Assembly: GCA_964016885.1 (NCBI GenBank)
Contig: OZ024740.1
Span: 16,244,001 to 16,308,000 of the forward strand
Length of the DNA: 64,000 nucleotides
Direction: 5' to 3'
From: Eledone cirrhosa
Lineage: Eukaryota
Shown: positions 25,677 to 42,387 of the stretch, in pieces
How the letters are laid out: the number at the start of each line of letters is the position of its first letter
How positions within the stretch are numbered: position 1 is the stretch's first letter
Notes under the pieces: generated by a model
What the model was told of the DNA's origin: nothing
The model's database searches: none
Seen by the model: only the letters and a program-made list of their open reading frames with translations
Position numbers and translations under genes: made by a program

Positions 25677-25685
<9 letters not shown>

Positions 25686-26106
25686 GTTTGTATATGTATA
25701 ATAAAGCCAAAACAATGCAGGTATGGACATAGAATAAAGAATGCAAATGCAAAAGATATTGTTGACAATTAGTCTTTTACCTTAGATTTATTTAAATGTC
25801 CTTAATTTTCGAGATAATATCTCTTCTTCGGAGGGAAGTAAAGCGGTTAAACCAGTGTTCTAAATAGCTTGGCAAGCTATTTAGAACACTGGTTTAACCG
25901 CTTTACTTCCCTCCGAAGAAGAGATATTATCTCGAAAATTAAGGACATTTAAATAAATCTAAGGTAAAAGACTAATTGTCAACAATATCTTTTGCATTTG
26001 CATTCTTTATTCTATGTCCATACCTGCATTGTTTTGGCTTTATTATACATATACAAACGTTTATACCTGATTACACAATGCTTCAAGTGAACTATAACCT
26101 CCTCCA
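25677..26106. mobile_element. Fold-back element with about 195-bp arms (centre about 25871), a degenerate minimal hammerhead (25910-25944) and a 40-nt tail
   Basis: 25677-25870 mirrors 25873-26066; CCT-CCGAAGA-A-GAGAT/ATCTC-GAAA-AT-TA-AGG followed by AATAAA. Confidence 0.75.
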
Positions 26107-26318
26107 TATATTTATATATTTATTTAGGTTTGAAGGTTCACCACTGGATAGAGCTGGTCAATTCCGTATGGTCAATCTTGATGTAATATTATGGAGAGTA
26201 CTCAACGTAAAGCAGTTCAACCGTCTTCGTTTGTGTAGTTGGTGGTGCGAGTACGGAGTTAAATATTATAATAAAATAACAGGAGTCTGTACTGGTGTAA
26301 ATCCTTGAAAGGTTTATT

Positions 26319-26376
26319 ATACTATGATCATTTCAATGACCGGGTTCCGTATGATTCCGGTGATATCATCAGGTAT
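26319..26376 (-). ncRNA. Type I hammerhead ribozyme motif
   Basis: Minus strand ATAC-CTGATGA-[ACCGG..CCGGT]-GAAA-TGATCA-TA-GTAT, then AATAAA. Confidence 0.82.
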
Positions 26377-27509
26377 TCGAAATATAATAAATGAATGTAA
26401 CAGATAAAATCCATGGGGCTGAAAATCATAGACCCGAGGACGACCGACCATCTAGCATCTTCCACTTTAGCCGGTCGCCCTCAACTGCTGCCCATTCGGC
26501 CTACTTATGGATTTTATCTGTTACATGGAAGAACGGACGTAAAACGGTGATGATGATGATGATGATGATGATGATATATATGTGTGTGTGTCTATGTATA
26601 TATATGAATATATATATTCAAAATAATGGGCGCATGGGACAAAGACAATGGCAATAACACAAAAAACATATATAAACGGACAGTTCCATCTCCTGAGTCA
26701 CCTGAATCAACCTCGGTAAATTAAGATCGATACTATTCATTCCAGTTCATATTAAAACAAGTAGAGAAAAATGCAGGATAAGTTATGTCTTTGGCAAATA
26801 ACACAAATATAAATGAAAAAGTATCGTAAGTGCGTCAACTTCTAAAAAGGGAGAGAAGAGTGCGAGGGGACTTAGCCAAAGGAGAGAAATTATAGAAAAG
26901 AGAGAAATAGTAAAACAGAAAAGAATCATATGGATTGCAGACCAACGTGCAGACAAGAAAGATTGTTACTAAGCATAAAAAGGTAGAAGAGAGAATAGAG
27001 AATGACAGTCCGAGCGATGTGATGTCTCTTATATGATAGTTTAAAAAAAGCCCGTATGACTAAGTCTTTAGAATATGAATTCAAAATAGGGGCCACACAG
27101 GACAAGGACATTGGAAAAAAATGACTGAAAAACGGAGTCACGTCTTCTCAACGAACTTCTGGAAATAACAACGGTTTAAGACAGGTAAAGGTTGATACAG
27201 ACACACATAACAAACATACCGAAGATATATACATATGTACACAAGTATATACACACACACACACACATATATATATGTGTCGGATCGTAGCTAAGATGCT
27301 TCCATAGGCGGTATGCCGGTTGAGCATGATATAATATAAAACAAAAAATCAGTGATGCATCTGAACTCAATTTATTGTGTGTTACAATTGTTTCGCCGGC
27401 GGACAGCTCGAGACGCGATCATTGTGCGGATCTGTTTGATTCTGGACCCGAAATTGAGTTCAGATGCATCACTGATTTTTCGTTTTATATTATATATATG
27501 AAAATGTTT

Positions 27510-27642
27510 GACCCCGACGGCAGAGCTCAAGCCGTTTCGACGGCTATTTCTGACTAAATTCCTATTACCCACTCTACTACCCGAAGTATTGAGTACTCTG
27601 GTGCGTTATGGTCCATCTGGTTCCTTACCGCACCTCCTTCGT
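27510..27642. mobile_element. Short element; copy of the family at 44596-44775, relative at 42965-43040
   Basis: Shares GACCCCGACGGC.GAGCTCAAGCCGTTTCGACGGCTA and the CCTATTACCCACTCTACTACC..GAGTACT tail with 44596-44775. Confidence 0.75.
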
Positions 27643-27710
27643 TATATATATATATATATATATATATAATCAACAACAAAGAACGCCTATAGCATATGCA
27701 TATCTTTACT

Positions 27711-27756
27711 TGCTAACATTGTTTCATCCGCACTATAAGTGGGACTCATCAGAGCA
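27711..27756 (-). ncRNA. Type I hammerhead ribozyme motif
   Basis: Minus strand TGCT-CTGATGA-GTCC..GGAT-GAAAC-AAT-GTT-AGCA. Confidence 0.8.
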
Positions 27757-29256
27757 TAAAGGTTGATTACATATTACACAAGCAATAACAAATCCAAGAC
27801 ATTGAAGAAATAAAGAATAAAAAATAATAAAAGATAAAAAATATATTGAGGAAGTAAAAATAAAAATAAACATTGAAAAATAGACATTGAAAAATAATTG
27901 AAAAATAAGGGGTGCTATCGGTCACAGTTGGGCGGGGTGCTGTCAACATACAGTTACATACAAGCATACGCATGGATAAGGGAACAGACAAGAATAGATA
28001 AAATAGATAGGAGTAGGTAAGAATAGATAAAAAAATAGGTGAAAAATAGGTAAAAAAATAGACATATAACTCATATAAGAAATATAAAAAAATATAAAAA
28101 ACATACATATAAAATATACAGATAATAGTGATACAGGGTAAGGAATGAAATAAAATAAAATAAAATAAAATAAAATTAAATTAAAATTAAAATTATATAA
28201 AATAAAATATAATATAATATAATAATAAAATAAAATAAAATAAAATAAAATAAAATAAAATAAAATAATATAATATAGGATATAATTAAATAGAATTAAA
28301 TAAAATGAAATAAAATAAAATAAAATAAAGTGAATTGAGATAAGATATATATTTTTAGAATATATTTCTTGAATATATCAGGGGCCCACGAAGGCCTTAA
28401 GTGTCACAGTTATCAGTATCACTTGACCATTGCAATGCAATGGAGACGTCCCAGGTTGGGCAGTCTCAAAAGTTCACACTCGAAAGTCACGGGTGTGCAT
28501 TCACACAGTTGAGCGGTGGGGTAATCACAAACCGGTTCACACTCGGGCAGGAGTCCATTGGTCAACAGAGGTATATCCAAGGAAGGTAGGAGAACTCACA
28601 TGCAGCAGCAGGAGCATCCATGGGCGGACAAATGAGTGTTACAACGTCACAATGTAGCAAGCAAAATCGTTTACCTCAACATGAATATCAAGAGGCAGAC
28701 AAGTGGGCCGAAAGCAAGCAGGTGCAGGCGGGCTAGCCGAAAGCAAGCAAATACAGTTGGGTTAGGCGGGTTAATATGCATACTCAACAGCGCATACAAA
28801 AGATATATAAAAAATAGCTTCAAGAGCCAATATCATGAAATCACCGCATTGGGACATCTCAAGATTATACACACCAATATGTTCTGCACGTATATGCATA
28901 TATACACACCACATGCATATGCAGAGACGGTATACATATATATATTTTTTTATATACAGACATATACAACCACCCACACCCATACACATATAAATGTATA
29001 CACAGACACACACGCACACACACACAGCGTAGGACACCCGGGTCAAAGCGGATATAATACACAGAAATATCACATTAGGCAAAACCCACCACCACGGATA
29101 ATACATTCAAAATAAATACATACGAGGAGATGCAGTAAAATAAATCAAATTGAATTCCTACGAAGATAATCATGTTCGCACGTGCCATTGCCCGATTCAA
29201 GTGTAAACAGACCGTTAGTGACTACGGAGGGCTATCGGGGCCAAAACGTTACTTTT

Positions 29257-29988
29257 ATATAAATTAGCGAGAATCGTTTTCAGCTCAGGAATTAACGAAA
29301 ATCAACGTCCGATATGTGTGGCAAGCGCTCGATGAATCATATGAATGAGAGCTACAACATACGTTAAGGGCCAAACACACTGAGATGATGGTTAAACATA
29401 TCATCCGCACAGCCCAAACAAAACGACCAAGTAATTCGGGCCAAACAATAAAAATATATGTGTTGATACTTTCCCGGACCCTGGACTGATGGTAAAATCC
29501 AATATTGGTTTCTGCGACTCCAAATCAGGTACTGTCCGCCTACATAAAGAATGTTGGGCTTCTGGTGAGATGATGAACAAGGCAGTCGTGTTATCAACGG
29601 GTTTTGCTCCAAGATGCTATAGATAGTGTGGCTATTACTGACCCCTCGTGGGATTCAGCAAGGGAGGTAACACCTCTATTAAGCGAATGATTCAGTTGTG
29701 TATTATTGCGAGAATGCAAAATATCACAAATCGAATAAAGCTCTCGACAGAATGGTTAAATATAACAGAGCTATTCAACAGTCAATATAAGTAACTGAAA
29801 AAATCAATAAAATTAACTGCTCAATAGCTAGACTCTGGAGATTAATACAAATATAAATTAGCGAGAATCGTTTTCAGCTCAGGAATTAACGAAAATCAAC
29901 GTCCGATATGTGTGGCAAGCGCTCGATGAATCATATGAATCAGAGCTACAACATACGTTAAGGGCCAAACACACTGAGATGATGGTTA

Positions 29989-29995
<7 letters not shown>
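29257..29995. repeat. 145-bp direct repeat pair (29257-29401, 29851-29995)
   Basis: Near-identical ATATAAATTAGCGAGAATCG...GATGGTTAAACATAT copies 594 bp apart. Confidence 0.9.
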
Positions 29996-30035
<40 letters not shown>

Positions 30036-30287
30036 TTAAACATATATATATATATATATATATATATCCTAGAAACGATCGTTAAATAATGAACTTTTTT
30101 TGTTTAATATAAGGAACTGTTTCATTGTTTTATTCATTATTTTTTTAATATTTTATCTTGACTCTGTATTCCGTTTATCTTTCACCGAAAGTGATTTTTG
30201 AATGCATCTCTTCTTTCCATGATATCCGGATTACATTGAGTTCTTCATACGGATTGGACACTACCGTAAACTCTTGGTAGATTTATC

Positions 30288-30341
<54 letters not shown>

Positions 30342-30649
30342 CTACAAATAGTTTTAATCTATATATATATAAAATATATTGAAAATATTTTTTCTACTAG
30401 CTTTTTAAGGGGTGCGTCGAGCTGCGGATTACAGAGTCGGGTAAGATCGATACAGATCGAACCTTGAGCTGATCAGTGGCGAAACGCGCGTCACCAACCA
30501 ATAAATGTAATGAAGGAGTAACCAATCGTCCTTGTTATCTTATTTCACTATAATACACTCTGTCTAGCTCTACACCTCGACACTGAAGTGAACCTAAACA
30601 TCGAGTGCTCACCTGGGTGAACCTGCAGTAACTCCAAGTTACACTCCCT

Positions 30650-30720
<71 letters not shown>

Positions 30721-31388
30721 TATATAGTTACTCTACAAAAAATGTTCAATGAATATTAAACTCAGAGCATAATTCTTTACCTAGTTCAAGGTACCTATAC
30801 ACAATTAACACACATACACACATATATATGCTGCACACATTCATATACATACACACACAAGTGTGCATGTCAACACACAGACAGCTACTCTCTGTTGTGA
30901 TTGAACTCGAAACTTAACCTCATAAACCTGTCTGCCTCCTCCACACATACACATGTACATATGCACAAACACATACACAGAGTGGCACACACACACACAC
31001 ACACATACACACACATACGTAAACAGAAATATACACACATACACACACATACACACATATACACATATACACACATACACACACACATACACACACATAT
31101 ACACACATACACACACACATATACACACATCCACACACACACACATACACATACACACATATACACACATATACACACATACACACATATACACACATAC
31201 ACGCATATACACACAAATACACACATATATACACACACAGAAATATCAAGGTTTTTCATTGCTTTTAACACATTTCTGCATAAAGTAGTTTATTTTGTTT
31301 AATATATATATATGTATATATGTATATGTATATATATATATGTATATATATATATGTATGTATATATTATGTATATATGTATGTATAT

Positions 31389-31575
31389 ACGATATTAAAC
31401 AAATGGAAACTATATTTATAAAACCATATTTATTTCATTATACATATTTCAGGGATACCATGTTAAAAATATGGCATGCCTTCGTCAGATAAAATACAAT
31501 ATATAACCAGTTTTATAAATAATTTTGACGTACCATAAATATAGCGACCATTAAGGTAGGAGGCTGGCTTGGTAT
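31389..31575 (-). mobile_element. Diverged Penelope-like pLTR fragment with hammerhead (31432-31495)
   Basis: Homologous to 40730-40884; ATTTTAT-CTGACGA-AGG..CCT-GAAA-TATGTA-TA-ATGAAAT. Confidence 0.8.
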
Positions 31576-31588
31576 GTATATATGTATG

Positions 31589-34569
31589 CATTTGGTGGGA
31601 AAGTGTAACAACAATGGTATGCTCCTGTTGCAGATGTGTGAGGAGCTGGATCTGTGTGTTACCAACACCATGTTCCAACAAAAGAACAAATTCAAGACCA
31701 CATGGATGCATCCTGCATCTAAGGAATAGCATCTTTTGGACTACGTCCTAGTCAGGATGCGTGACAGACAGGATGTGCAGTGTGTTCGTGCTCTTCGTGG
31801 AGCTGAGTGCTGGACGGACCACCGCCTGGTACGCGCAAAAGTGAAACTAATCACTAAACGTAAAATCCGGGCTCCTGGTGTTGCCCTGCCCAAAAGATTG
31901 AATGCTGCTCGTCTTAGGGATAAAAATGTGAAGAGGACTTTGGAAGAAGAGATGCAGACTGCAGATCTTGGTGAGGATTGGCCGACCCTTAACAAGTCGG
32001 TTTATGATGTAGGCAGGCGTGTTCTGGGATTAGTGTAGAGAAAACATCAGGACTGGTTTAATGAGAATGGTGTACATATAGAAGACTTGTTGGCTGATAA
32101 GAGGCGTGCTCTGTCACGCTACTTGACGGCAAAACCACAGGAGAGAAATGCGTTGCATGAGGAACTGAAGGATGTAAAATCACGTGTTAGGCGGAGTCTT
32201 TCTCAGATGAAGGATCTCTGGTGGAGTGAGAAGGCTGGTGAGATACAAACTGCGTCAGATTCCAATAACACAAAGCTGTTGTACAGTCTCTTGCGTGAGG
32301 TTTATGGACCGTCTTCTTCTCTGGTGACACCGCTTCGCAGCAAGGATGGCAAAGAACTTCTTCGTGACTCAAGGAATTCTACGAAGGTGGCGAGAGCACT
32401 TTGATGATCTTTTGAATCAGCCGTCTGTCGTCAGTGAAGATTTCCTCAATCTCATTCCAGAAAGTCCTGTGAAAGTAGCTCTCGCAGAACCTCCGACGCT
32501 TGTGGAGGTTGCAGTGGCTATCTCGAAGCTGAACAGTGGAAGGTCTCCAGGTATGGATGGCATACATGCTGAGCTCCTACAATTTGGTGGTGAGAGACTC
32601 CTGCAACATCTTCACTCTTTGTTTGGCAGGCTATGGGCTAATGAATCCATACCTGAGGACTGGAGAGATGCAGTAATGGTGGTCTTGAACAAGGAAAGGG
32701 TAACAGGAAAGATTGTAGGAACTACAGAGGTATATCATTGCTTTCTGTCGTAGGGAAAGTTTTATGTAGGGCGCTTCTGGACTGTCTGCTGACACACATT
32801 TCAGATTGTGTTCTTCCTGAAAGTCAATCTGGTTTTCGTGCTGGACGCGGTACTACTGATATGATCTTCTCAGCTAGACAGCTCCAGGAGAAGTGCATGG
32901 AACAAGGTTTGGATCTGTATCAGGTTTTTGTCGATTTGACAAAAGCTTTCGATTCTGTTAACAGAGATGTATTATGGAAGGTTCGCCAGAAACTTGGTTG
33001 CCCTGATAAGTTCCTTGCTTTAGTTAGGTCTTTCCATGATGACATGAAGGCTTGGGTTAATGTCGGAGCCTATCTCAGTAAAAAATGGAGTGATACATGG
33101 GGATATTCCAGCACCGACCCTGTTTGCCATATACTTTGCAATAGTTTTCTGTATTGCATTCAGGAATTGCGAGCATGGTGTTTACATCCGATATCGAACC
33201 TCAGGCAGCATATTTAACATCAGGCGCTTTGCTGCAAACACAAAAGTATTTACATCAATCATAAGAGACCTCTTGTATGCAGATGATTGCGATATTGTAG
33301 CGCACACAGAGAGTGATATGCAGCACATTTTGAATGCATTTTCTGACGCTTGCACTGCTTTAGGATTGACTGTCAGTCTCAAGAAAACCGTCGTCATGTA
33401 CCAACCTGCCCCTGGTAAGCAGTACACTGAACCAAATATCTATGTGTATGGTAAACGACTTGGAGTGGTTGATCAGTTTGTCTACCTGGGAAGCACTGTC
33501 AATCGATAGAGAAACCTTGATAGTGAAATCTCACTTAGGATTAGGAAAGCAAGTGATGCTTTCGGAAAGCTAGAAAGGCGACTCTGGGGTCGGCGAGACA
33601 TATGCAGGAGGACAAAAGTAAAGGTGTACAAGGCATGTGGGCTCTCTTGTCTTCTTTATGCCTGCGAGACCTGGGTCACATATCGACACCACCTTAAGCA
33701 ATTGGAGCGTTTCCATCAAATGTGTCTCAGACGGATCCATGGCGTTCACTGGAGGAACCACATCAGTGATGTCGAGATTTTGGAAAGCTCTATGTGTGAC
33801 AGTATAGAAGCTCTTGTGTTTAAGCAACGACTCCGTTGGAGTGGTCACCTTGCCAGGATGAAGGATTCTAGAATACCAAAACAACTCTTTCATGGAGAGT
33901 TAGTTAAAGGAAAACGACCGCCACATAAACCAAAAAAGAGGTATAAGGATTCCTTGAAAGCCTCTTTGAAAGACGCTAACATCTCTGCTGATACATGGGA
34001 AAATATTGCTGTTGATCGTAATAAATGGAGAAAGACTGTATATGGGGGAAAAGTTGCCTTTGAGGCATCTCGAATCGCATACGAGAAAGTAAAGCGGGAT
34101 GTGAGGAAGGGCATTGCTGTTGCACTTCCAGACGGCGAGGGTCCTCCTATGGTGCTGACATGCAGCGTCTGCGCGAGACTCTGCCTAAGCAAAGCTGGAC
34201 TCGAAAGTCATCTTCGCAGTCATAAAGTAAGACCAGTGGTTGACTACCAGGCTGCAGTTGGAGATGCTACTCACCATGCTTGCCAAACATGTGGTAGAGA
34301 ATGTAAATCAGCAGGAGGGCTCAAGCGACATGCAAAAGTACACGAACTCCAACCACAGCCGACTATTCTCAGTAAATGTTTTGGTTGCCGACTCTGTGCA
34401 AGACATTTTAGATCATTGGCTGGGCTAAAGAGCCACATTCGATCGCAGCGCTGTTAGTTGCTATCGTGTGTGTGTGTGTGTATAGATATGTTTATGTGTG
34501 TGCGTGTGTGTGTATATATATATATGTATATGTATATTATTATAGTTGTTGTTGTCGTTATTATTATTG

Positions 34570-34601
<32 letters not shown>

Positions 34602-34755
34602 GTTATTAATATATGTGTATGTATATGTATGTATAGGTATGTATGTGTGTGTATATATATATATATATATTTTTAAATTTTTTATTTTCATTTTTATTTA
34701 TTTATTTTTTTCTCGTGCAATGGCCATACTCGATAACGAGGGGGCAGCCATCATT
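31589..34755 (+). mobile_element. RTE-clade non-LTR retrotransposon, 5'-truncated and decayed (APE endonuclease C-terminus, RT, three C2H2 fingers)
   Basis: GKCNNNG..TWMHP..LDYVLV..WTDHRLV (APE); GRSPGMDGI, LPESQSGFRAGRGTTDMIF, FVDLTKAFDSV, LLYADD, FVYLGS, LRWSGHLARM..RIPKQL. Stops near 31727, 32036 and 33507; frameshifts near 32370, 32700 and 33065; probable tail GGCCATACTCGATAACGAGGGGGCAGCCATCAT. Confidence 0.93.
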
Positions 34756-34947
34756 TATGTATGTATATATGTATATATATATGTATATATATATATGTAT
34801 ATAGTGAAAAATGGAACGGGAACAAAACAGAGAGGCAGTACAAACAAAGGTTTATTAGTTTCACGCTCTTGAGAGTGGGGTGCAGGGGGGGGGGGGTATA
34901 TATATATATATGTGTATGTATATATGTATGTATATATGTATATGTAT

Positions 34948-34978
<31 letters not shown>

Positions 34979-35180
34979 TGTATTTATGTATGTATATATG
35001 TATATGTATATATGTATATATGTATACATGTTGGTATATATGTATAGATGTTTGTTTGTATATATGTATAGATGTATGTAGATATGTATATATGTATGTA
35101 TATATGTATATGTATGTATATGTATGTATACATGTATGTATATATGTATAGATGTATTTGTATATGTATATATGTATGTA

Positions 35181-35350
<170 letters not shown>

Positions 35351-35354
35351 TATG

Positions 35355-35404
<50 letters not shown>

Positions 35405-35411
<7 letters not shown>

Positions 35412-35925
35412 AAATAAAATAAATAACTCAAATGTTTAAAATTTAGCTTCGTTTATTACTGCTATATATATTTCGGTGACAGCCATCTTTGGCTGTGACC
35501 TCTTCAGGGAGTCCGAATTAGTGTGGTATAGACAAGTACATATGTTGTTGAGGTGTATAATTTTGTCAATACTCTGATATGCCCAGTTCCTAGTTGAGTT
35601 GTTATTTCACTGAGGACCTGGAATCATATAATTCCAGTTCCTCAGTGAAATAACAACCAGAGTATTGACAAAATTATACACCTCAACAACATATGTACTT
35701 GTCTATACCACACTAATTCGGACTGCCTGAAGAGGTCACAGCCAAAGATGGCTGTCACCGTAATATATATAGCAGTAATAAACGAAGCTAAATTTTAAAT
35801 ATTTGACTTTTTATTTTACTTTATTTTACATTACTCCGGAGAAACCAAACCAACCTGCGCACTTCGTCGAGTGCTCCAGCCTGCATACTAAGGTGTTGGT
35901 ATACAACCAACATATACTCAAAATT
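35405..35925. mobile_element. Fold-back hammerhead mini-element (HHR at 35458-35512 minus and 35722-35776 plus)
   Basis: Inverted arms around about 35627; ACTGC-CTGAAGA-GG..ACAGCCA/TGGCTGT..CC-G(T)AA-TATATA-TA-GCAGT; second copy at 42388-42845. Confidence 0.88.
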
Positions 35926-35995
35926 TATATATATATATATATATATATACATATATATGTATATATATATGTATATATATATGTGTATATATATA

Positions 35996-36067
<72 letters not shown>

Positions 36068-36179
36068 CACATACATGTATACAAACATCTTTGTTTATAA
36101 TTTAAAGGATTTTTACTTTTTGACTTCAATTAGTGTTTGGAGAGAAATGAAAAGAAAAAATATTGTGTGAAATATCTCA

Positions 36180-36970
36180 CCCACCCCACATCTATACCAC
36201 CTCCACTCCACATCTTTACCCCCATTCCACATTTATACCTCCACTCCACATCTATACCACCACTCCACATCTATACTACCACCACTCCACATCTATACTA
36301 CCACTCCACATCTATACCACCACTCCACATCTATAGTACCATCACTCCACATCTATACCACCACCACTCCACATCTATAGCACAACCACACCACATCTAT
36401 ACCACCACTACACATCTATACAACCATTCCACATCACCACCACCACTCCACATCACCACCACCACTCCACATCTATACCACCACTCCATATCTATACCAC
36501 CACTTCACATCTATACCATCACTCCACATCTATACCACCACCCACATCTATACCACCTCTCCACATCTATACCACCACCACTCCACATCTATACCATCAC
36601 TCCACATCTATACCACCATTCCACATCTATACCACCACTCCACATCTATACTACCACCATTACTACTACTATTACTACTACTACCACTACCACACCACAT
36701 CTATACCATCACCACCATAACTACTACTACCACCACCACTACCACCACCACAACCCCCACTACCTCCACACTATCCCCCCACCACCTCAACTACCAATTT
36801 CCCCCCCCCACAACCACAACCACCACCACCACCATCCCCACCACCACTATCCTCCACCACCACCTCAACTACCCCCCCTCAACCACCACAACCACCACCA
36901 CTATCCCCCACCACTATCCTCCACCACCACCTCAACTACCACCACCACCACCACTATCCCCCCACCTTCA
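36180..36970. repeat. Degenerate 15-21 bp (ACCACCACTCCACATCTAT) minisatellite grading into (CCA)n
   Basis: Repeated CACATCTATACCACCACTC units. Confidence 0.9.
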
Positions 36971-37007
36971 CCATTAGTAAAGTCTTTTCACTCCATGCTT
37001 AATGCAT

Positions 37008-37155
37008 CTGAAGTGTTAGTCTCCTCATCTCTCAACCCCCCACCCCCACCACTCCACTGAAGTGTTAGTCTTCAACCCCCCACCCCCAGCACTCCACTGA
37101 AGTGTTAGTCTTCACCCCCCACCCTCACCACTCCACTGAAGTGTTAGTCTTCATC
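37008..37155. repeat. About 40-bp tandem repeat, 4 copies (CTGAAGTGTTAGTCT..CACTCCA)
   Basis: CTGAAGTGTTAGTC at 37008, 37057, 37097 and 37136. Confidence 0.85.
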
Positions 37156-37275
37156 ATCCCTACCACCACCACCACCACACCATCAAGTGTACTTAACTCT
37201 GTACTTAACTGTTTGGACTTGTTTCTTGCTATTTTTAGATGTGTTTAGTTTTACTACTATATTGGATCTTTGTTT

Positions 37276-37334
<59 letters not shown>

Positions 37335-37533
37335 ATATATATGTACATACATATGTATATATACATATATATATGTGTGTGTATATATATATACATATAT
37401 ATGTATATGTATATATATATGTGTGTATGTGTATATATATATATATATATGTGTGTATGTGTATATATATATATATGTGTGTATGTGTATATATATATAT
37501 ATATGTGTGTATGTGTATATATATATGTGTGTG

Positions 37534-37573
<40 letters not shown>

Positions 37574-37734
37574 GAATTTAGCTTCGAACATAGCTGTATA
37601 CAGATATATATTGGAATTTCGAATTTCTAAAGAAATACGATACGTTTATAAATAAACATTTAGAAAGTCGTAGCTATGCAAAAACACCGGCAGCTAACGC
37701 CACCTGGTGATGCCCAGCACAAGCAAGGGGGACA

Positions 37735-37778
37735 ATCGTTGATGCATTTCGAACAGAACTGGTGTTCATCAGGACGAT
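37735..37778 (-). ncRNA. Hammerhead-like motif (imperfect)
   Basis: Minus strand ATCGTC-CTGATGA-ACAC..TGTTC-GAAA-TGCA-TC-AACGAT; the first stem I pair is mismatched. Confidence 0.6.
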
Positions 37779-37795
37779 CCCTCCCGCTCTTGCAA

Positions 37796-37841
<46 letters not shown>

Positions 37842-37845
<4 letters not shown>

Positions 37846-37968
37846 CTGATGATTTCTAAAGAATGAAACAGTTCTAGTCCTGTAGAATCTCATCTATATT
37901 AAAACTTTTATACTTTGCTATGCATTGAGTACCTTACTTACTGTGGTTACCTCCGATTCTACCCGGAA

Positions 37969-38029
<61 letters not shown>

Positions 38030-38223
38030 GTTATTCCGGGTTGAATCGGAGGTAACCACAGTAAGTAAGGTACTCAATACATAGCAGAGTATAACAGTTT
38101 TAATATAGAAGAGATTCTACAGGACTAGAACTGTTTCATTCATTAGAAATCATCAGGTGATTCCTGATGATTTCTAATGAATGAAACAGTTCTAGTCCTG
38201 TAGAATCTCTTCTATATTAAAAC

Positions 38224-38225
<2 letters not shown>
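37842..38225. mobile_element. Three copies (+,-,+) of a roughly 130-bp hammerhead mini-element in (TA)n
   Basis: GATTC-CTGATGA-TTTCTAATGAAT-GAAACAG-TTCTAGTC-CTGTA-GAATC at 37842-37888 and 38159-38207; inverted copy at 38028-38157. Confidence 0.85.
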
Positions 38226-38255
<30 letters not shown>

Positions 38256-38263
38256 ATATATAT

Positions 38264-41144
<2,881 letters not shown>

Positions 41145-41333
41145 TAGGTCAGTCAATTACTGGTGGTGGTACCAAAACTAGCACTCGATGCACTGTGTAT
41201 AAATATTAGCATACGTGTTATATATTAACTTCTACGTGTGACCCTGAGCTAATCGACTGTGAAACGCGCGTAACAGGTCGATACGCAATAAAAATCTAAA
41301 TACATGTAAACGGAACTTCATCGTTCTTATTGA

Positions 41334-41427
<94 letters not shown>

Positions 41428-41487
41428 TGTGTGTGTGTGTCTGTGTGTGTGTGTATGTGTGTATGTGTGTGTGTGTACACACACACA

Positions 41488-41545
<58 letters not shown>

Positions 41546-42019
41546 TTAGGAATGTCACAGTATGACCCAAGAGAAGCCGAACTCCTACTTGACCTTTTTA
41601 GTATGTTTTTCATGGATCAAATCATGTTCTCTCCAACCAAATGTGAAGTTGACAAATGCAGCAGATGTAATATTCCAGAGTCCAAAGGAAGCCATAGAGA
41701 TGTTCCAACACCAACAACTCCGATTCTTTCCAGCTTGAACTTTCACAAATACAACTGCAAATCGATACAGAAGGAGATCCACAAATAAAACTGACCCTAA
41801 AACAGTTTCACACAATACAATAAGTCGATTACATCGGCAAAGACGAAAGAGATGCAATATCTTCTATAAATGAAATGTAAACTCGTCGTCATGAGGCCCC
41901 GATAGATTCCAAACAGTTCTCTTGAAAACATGTAAACAAGCTTTAGCAAAACTACTTCAGATATTTCACCAAATCTTCCTCCTTTATACGTGGAAAATAT
42001 CTCCAAAAGTTAAAAGAAG

Positions 42020-42054
<35 letters not shown>

Positions 42055-42071
42055 TCACACACACACACACA

Positions 42072-42108
<37 letters not shown>

Positions 42109-42387
42109 ACATATATATATATATAAAAGGTAAACAGAAATAACAACACAATCGGTACAGTATATGGAAGGAATATATTAGGTTAACGCTTGAAATAGCA
42201 GGAAGTGGGGAAGAGGGTCTTAACGTTTCGGACGCTGTATAAGTTTGTAGAAATATCCAAAAGTATGAACACTCTGTCCATAGGATGAGTTAAGTGTAAT
42301 ATGGTGTATAACCCAACGAAACTTAAGTACCTGTATATATCACTGCTGTAACTAATTATACATACATATATACATACATATATATAT

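Noticed and set aside
36137-37060. 307-aa His/Pro/Thr-rich ORF
   Set aside because: It is a minisatellite and (CCA)n translation with no domain or splice evidence.
41545-42020. Possible host exon or LINE ORF1 remnant
   Set aside because: Short frames with stops and no convincing motif; needs a homology search.
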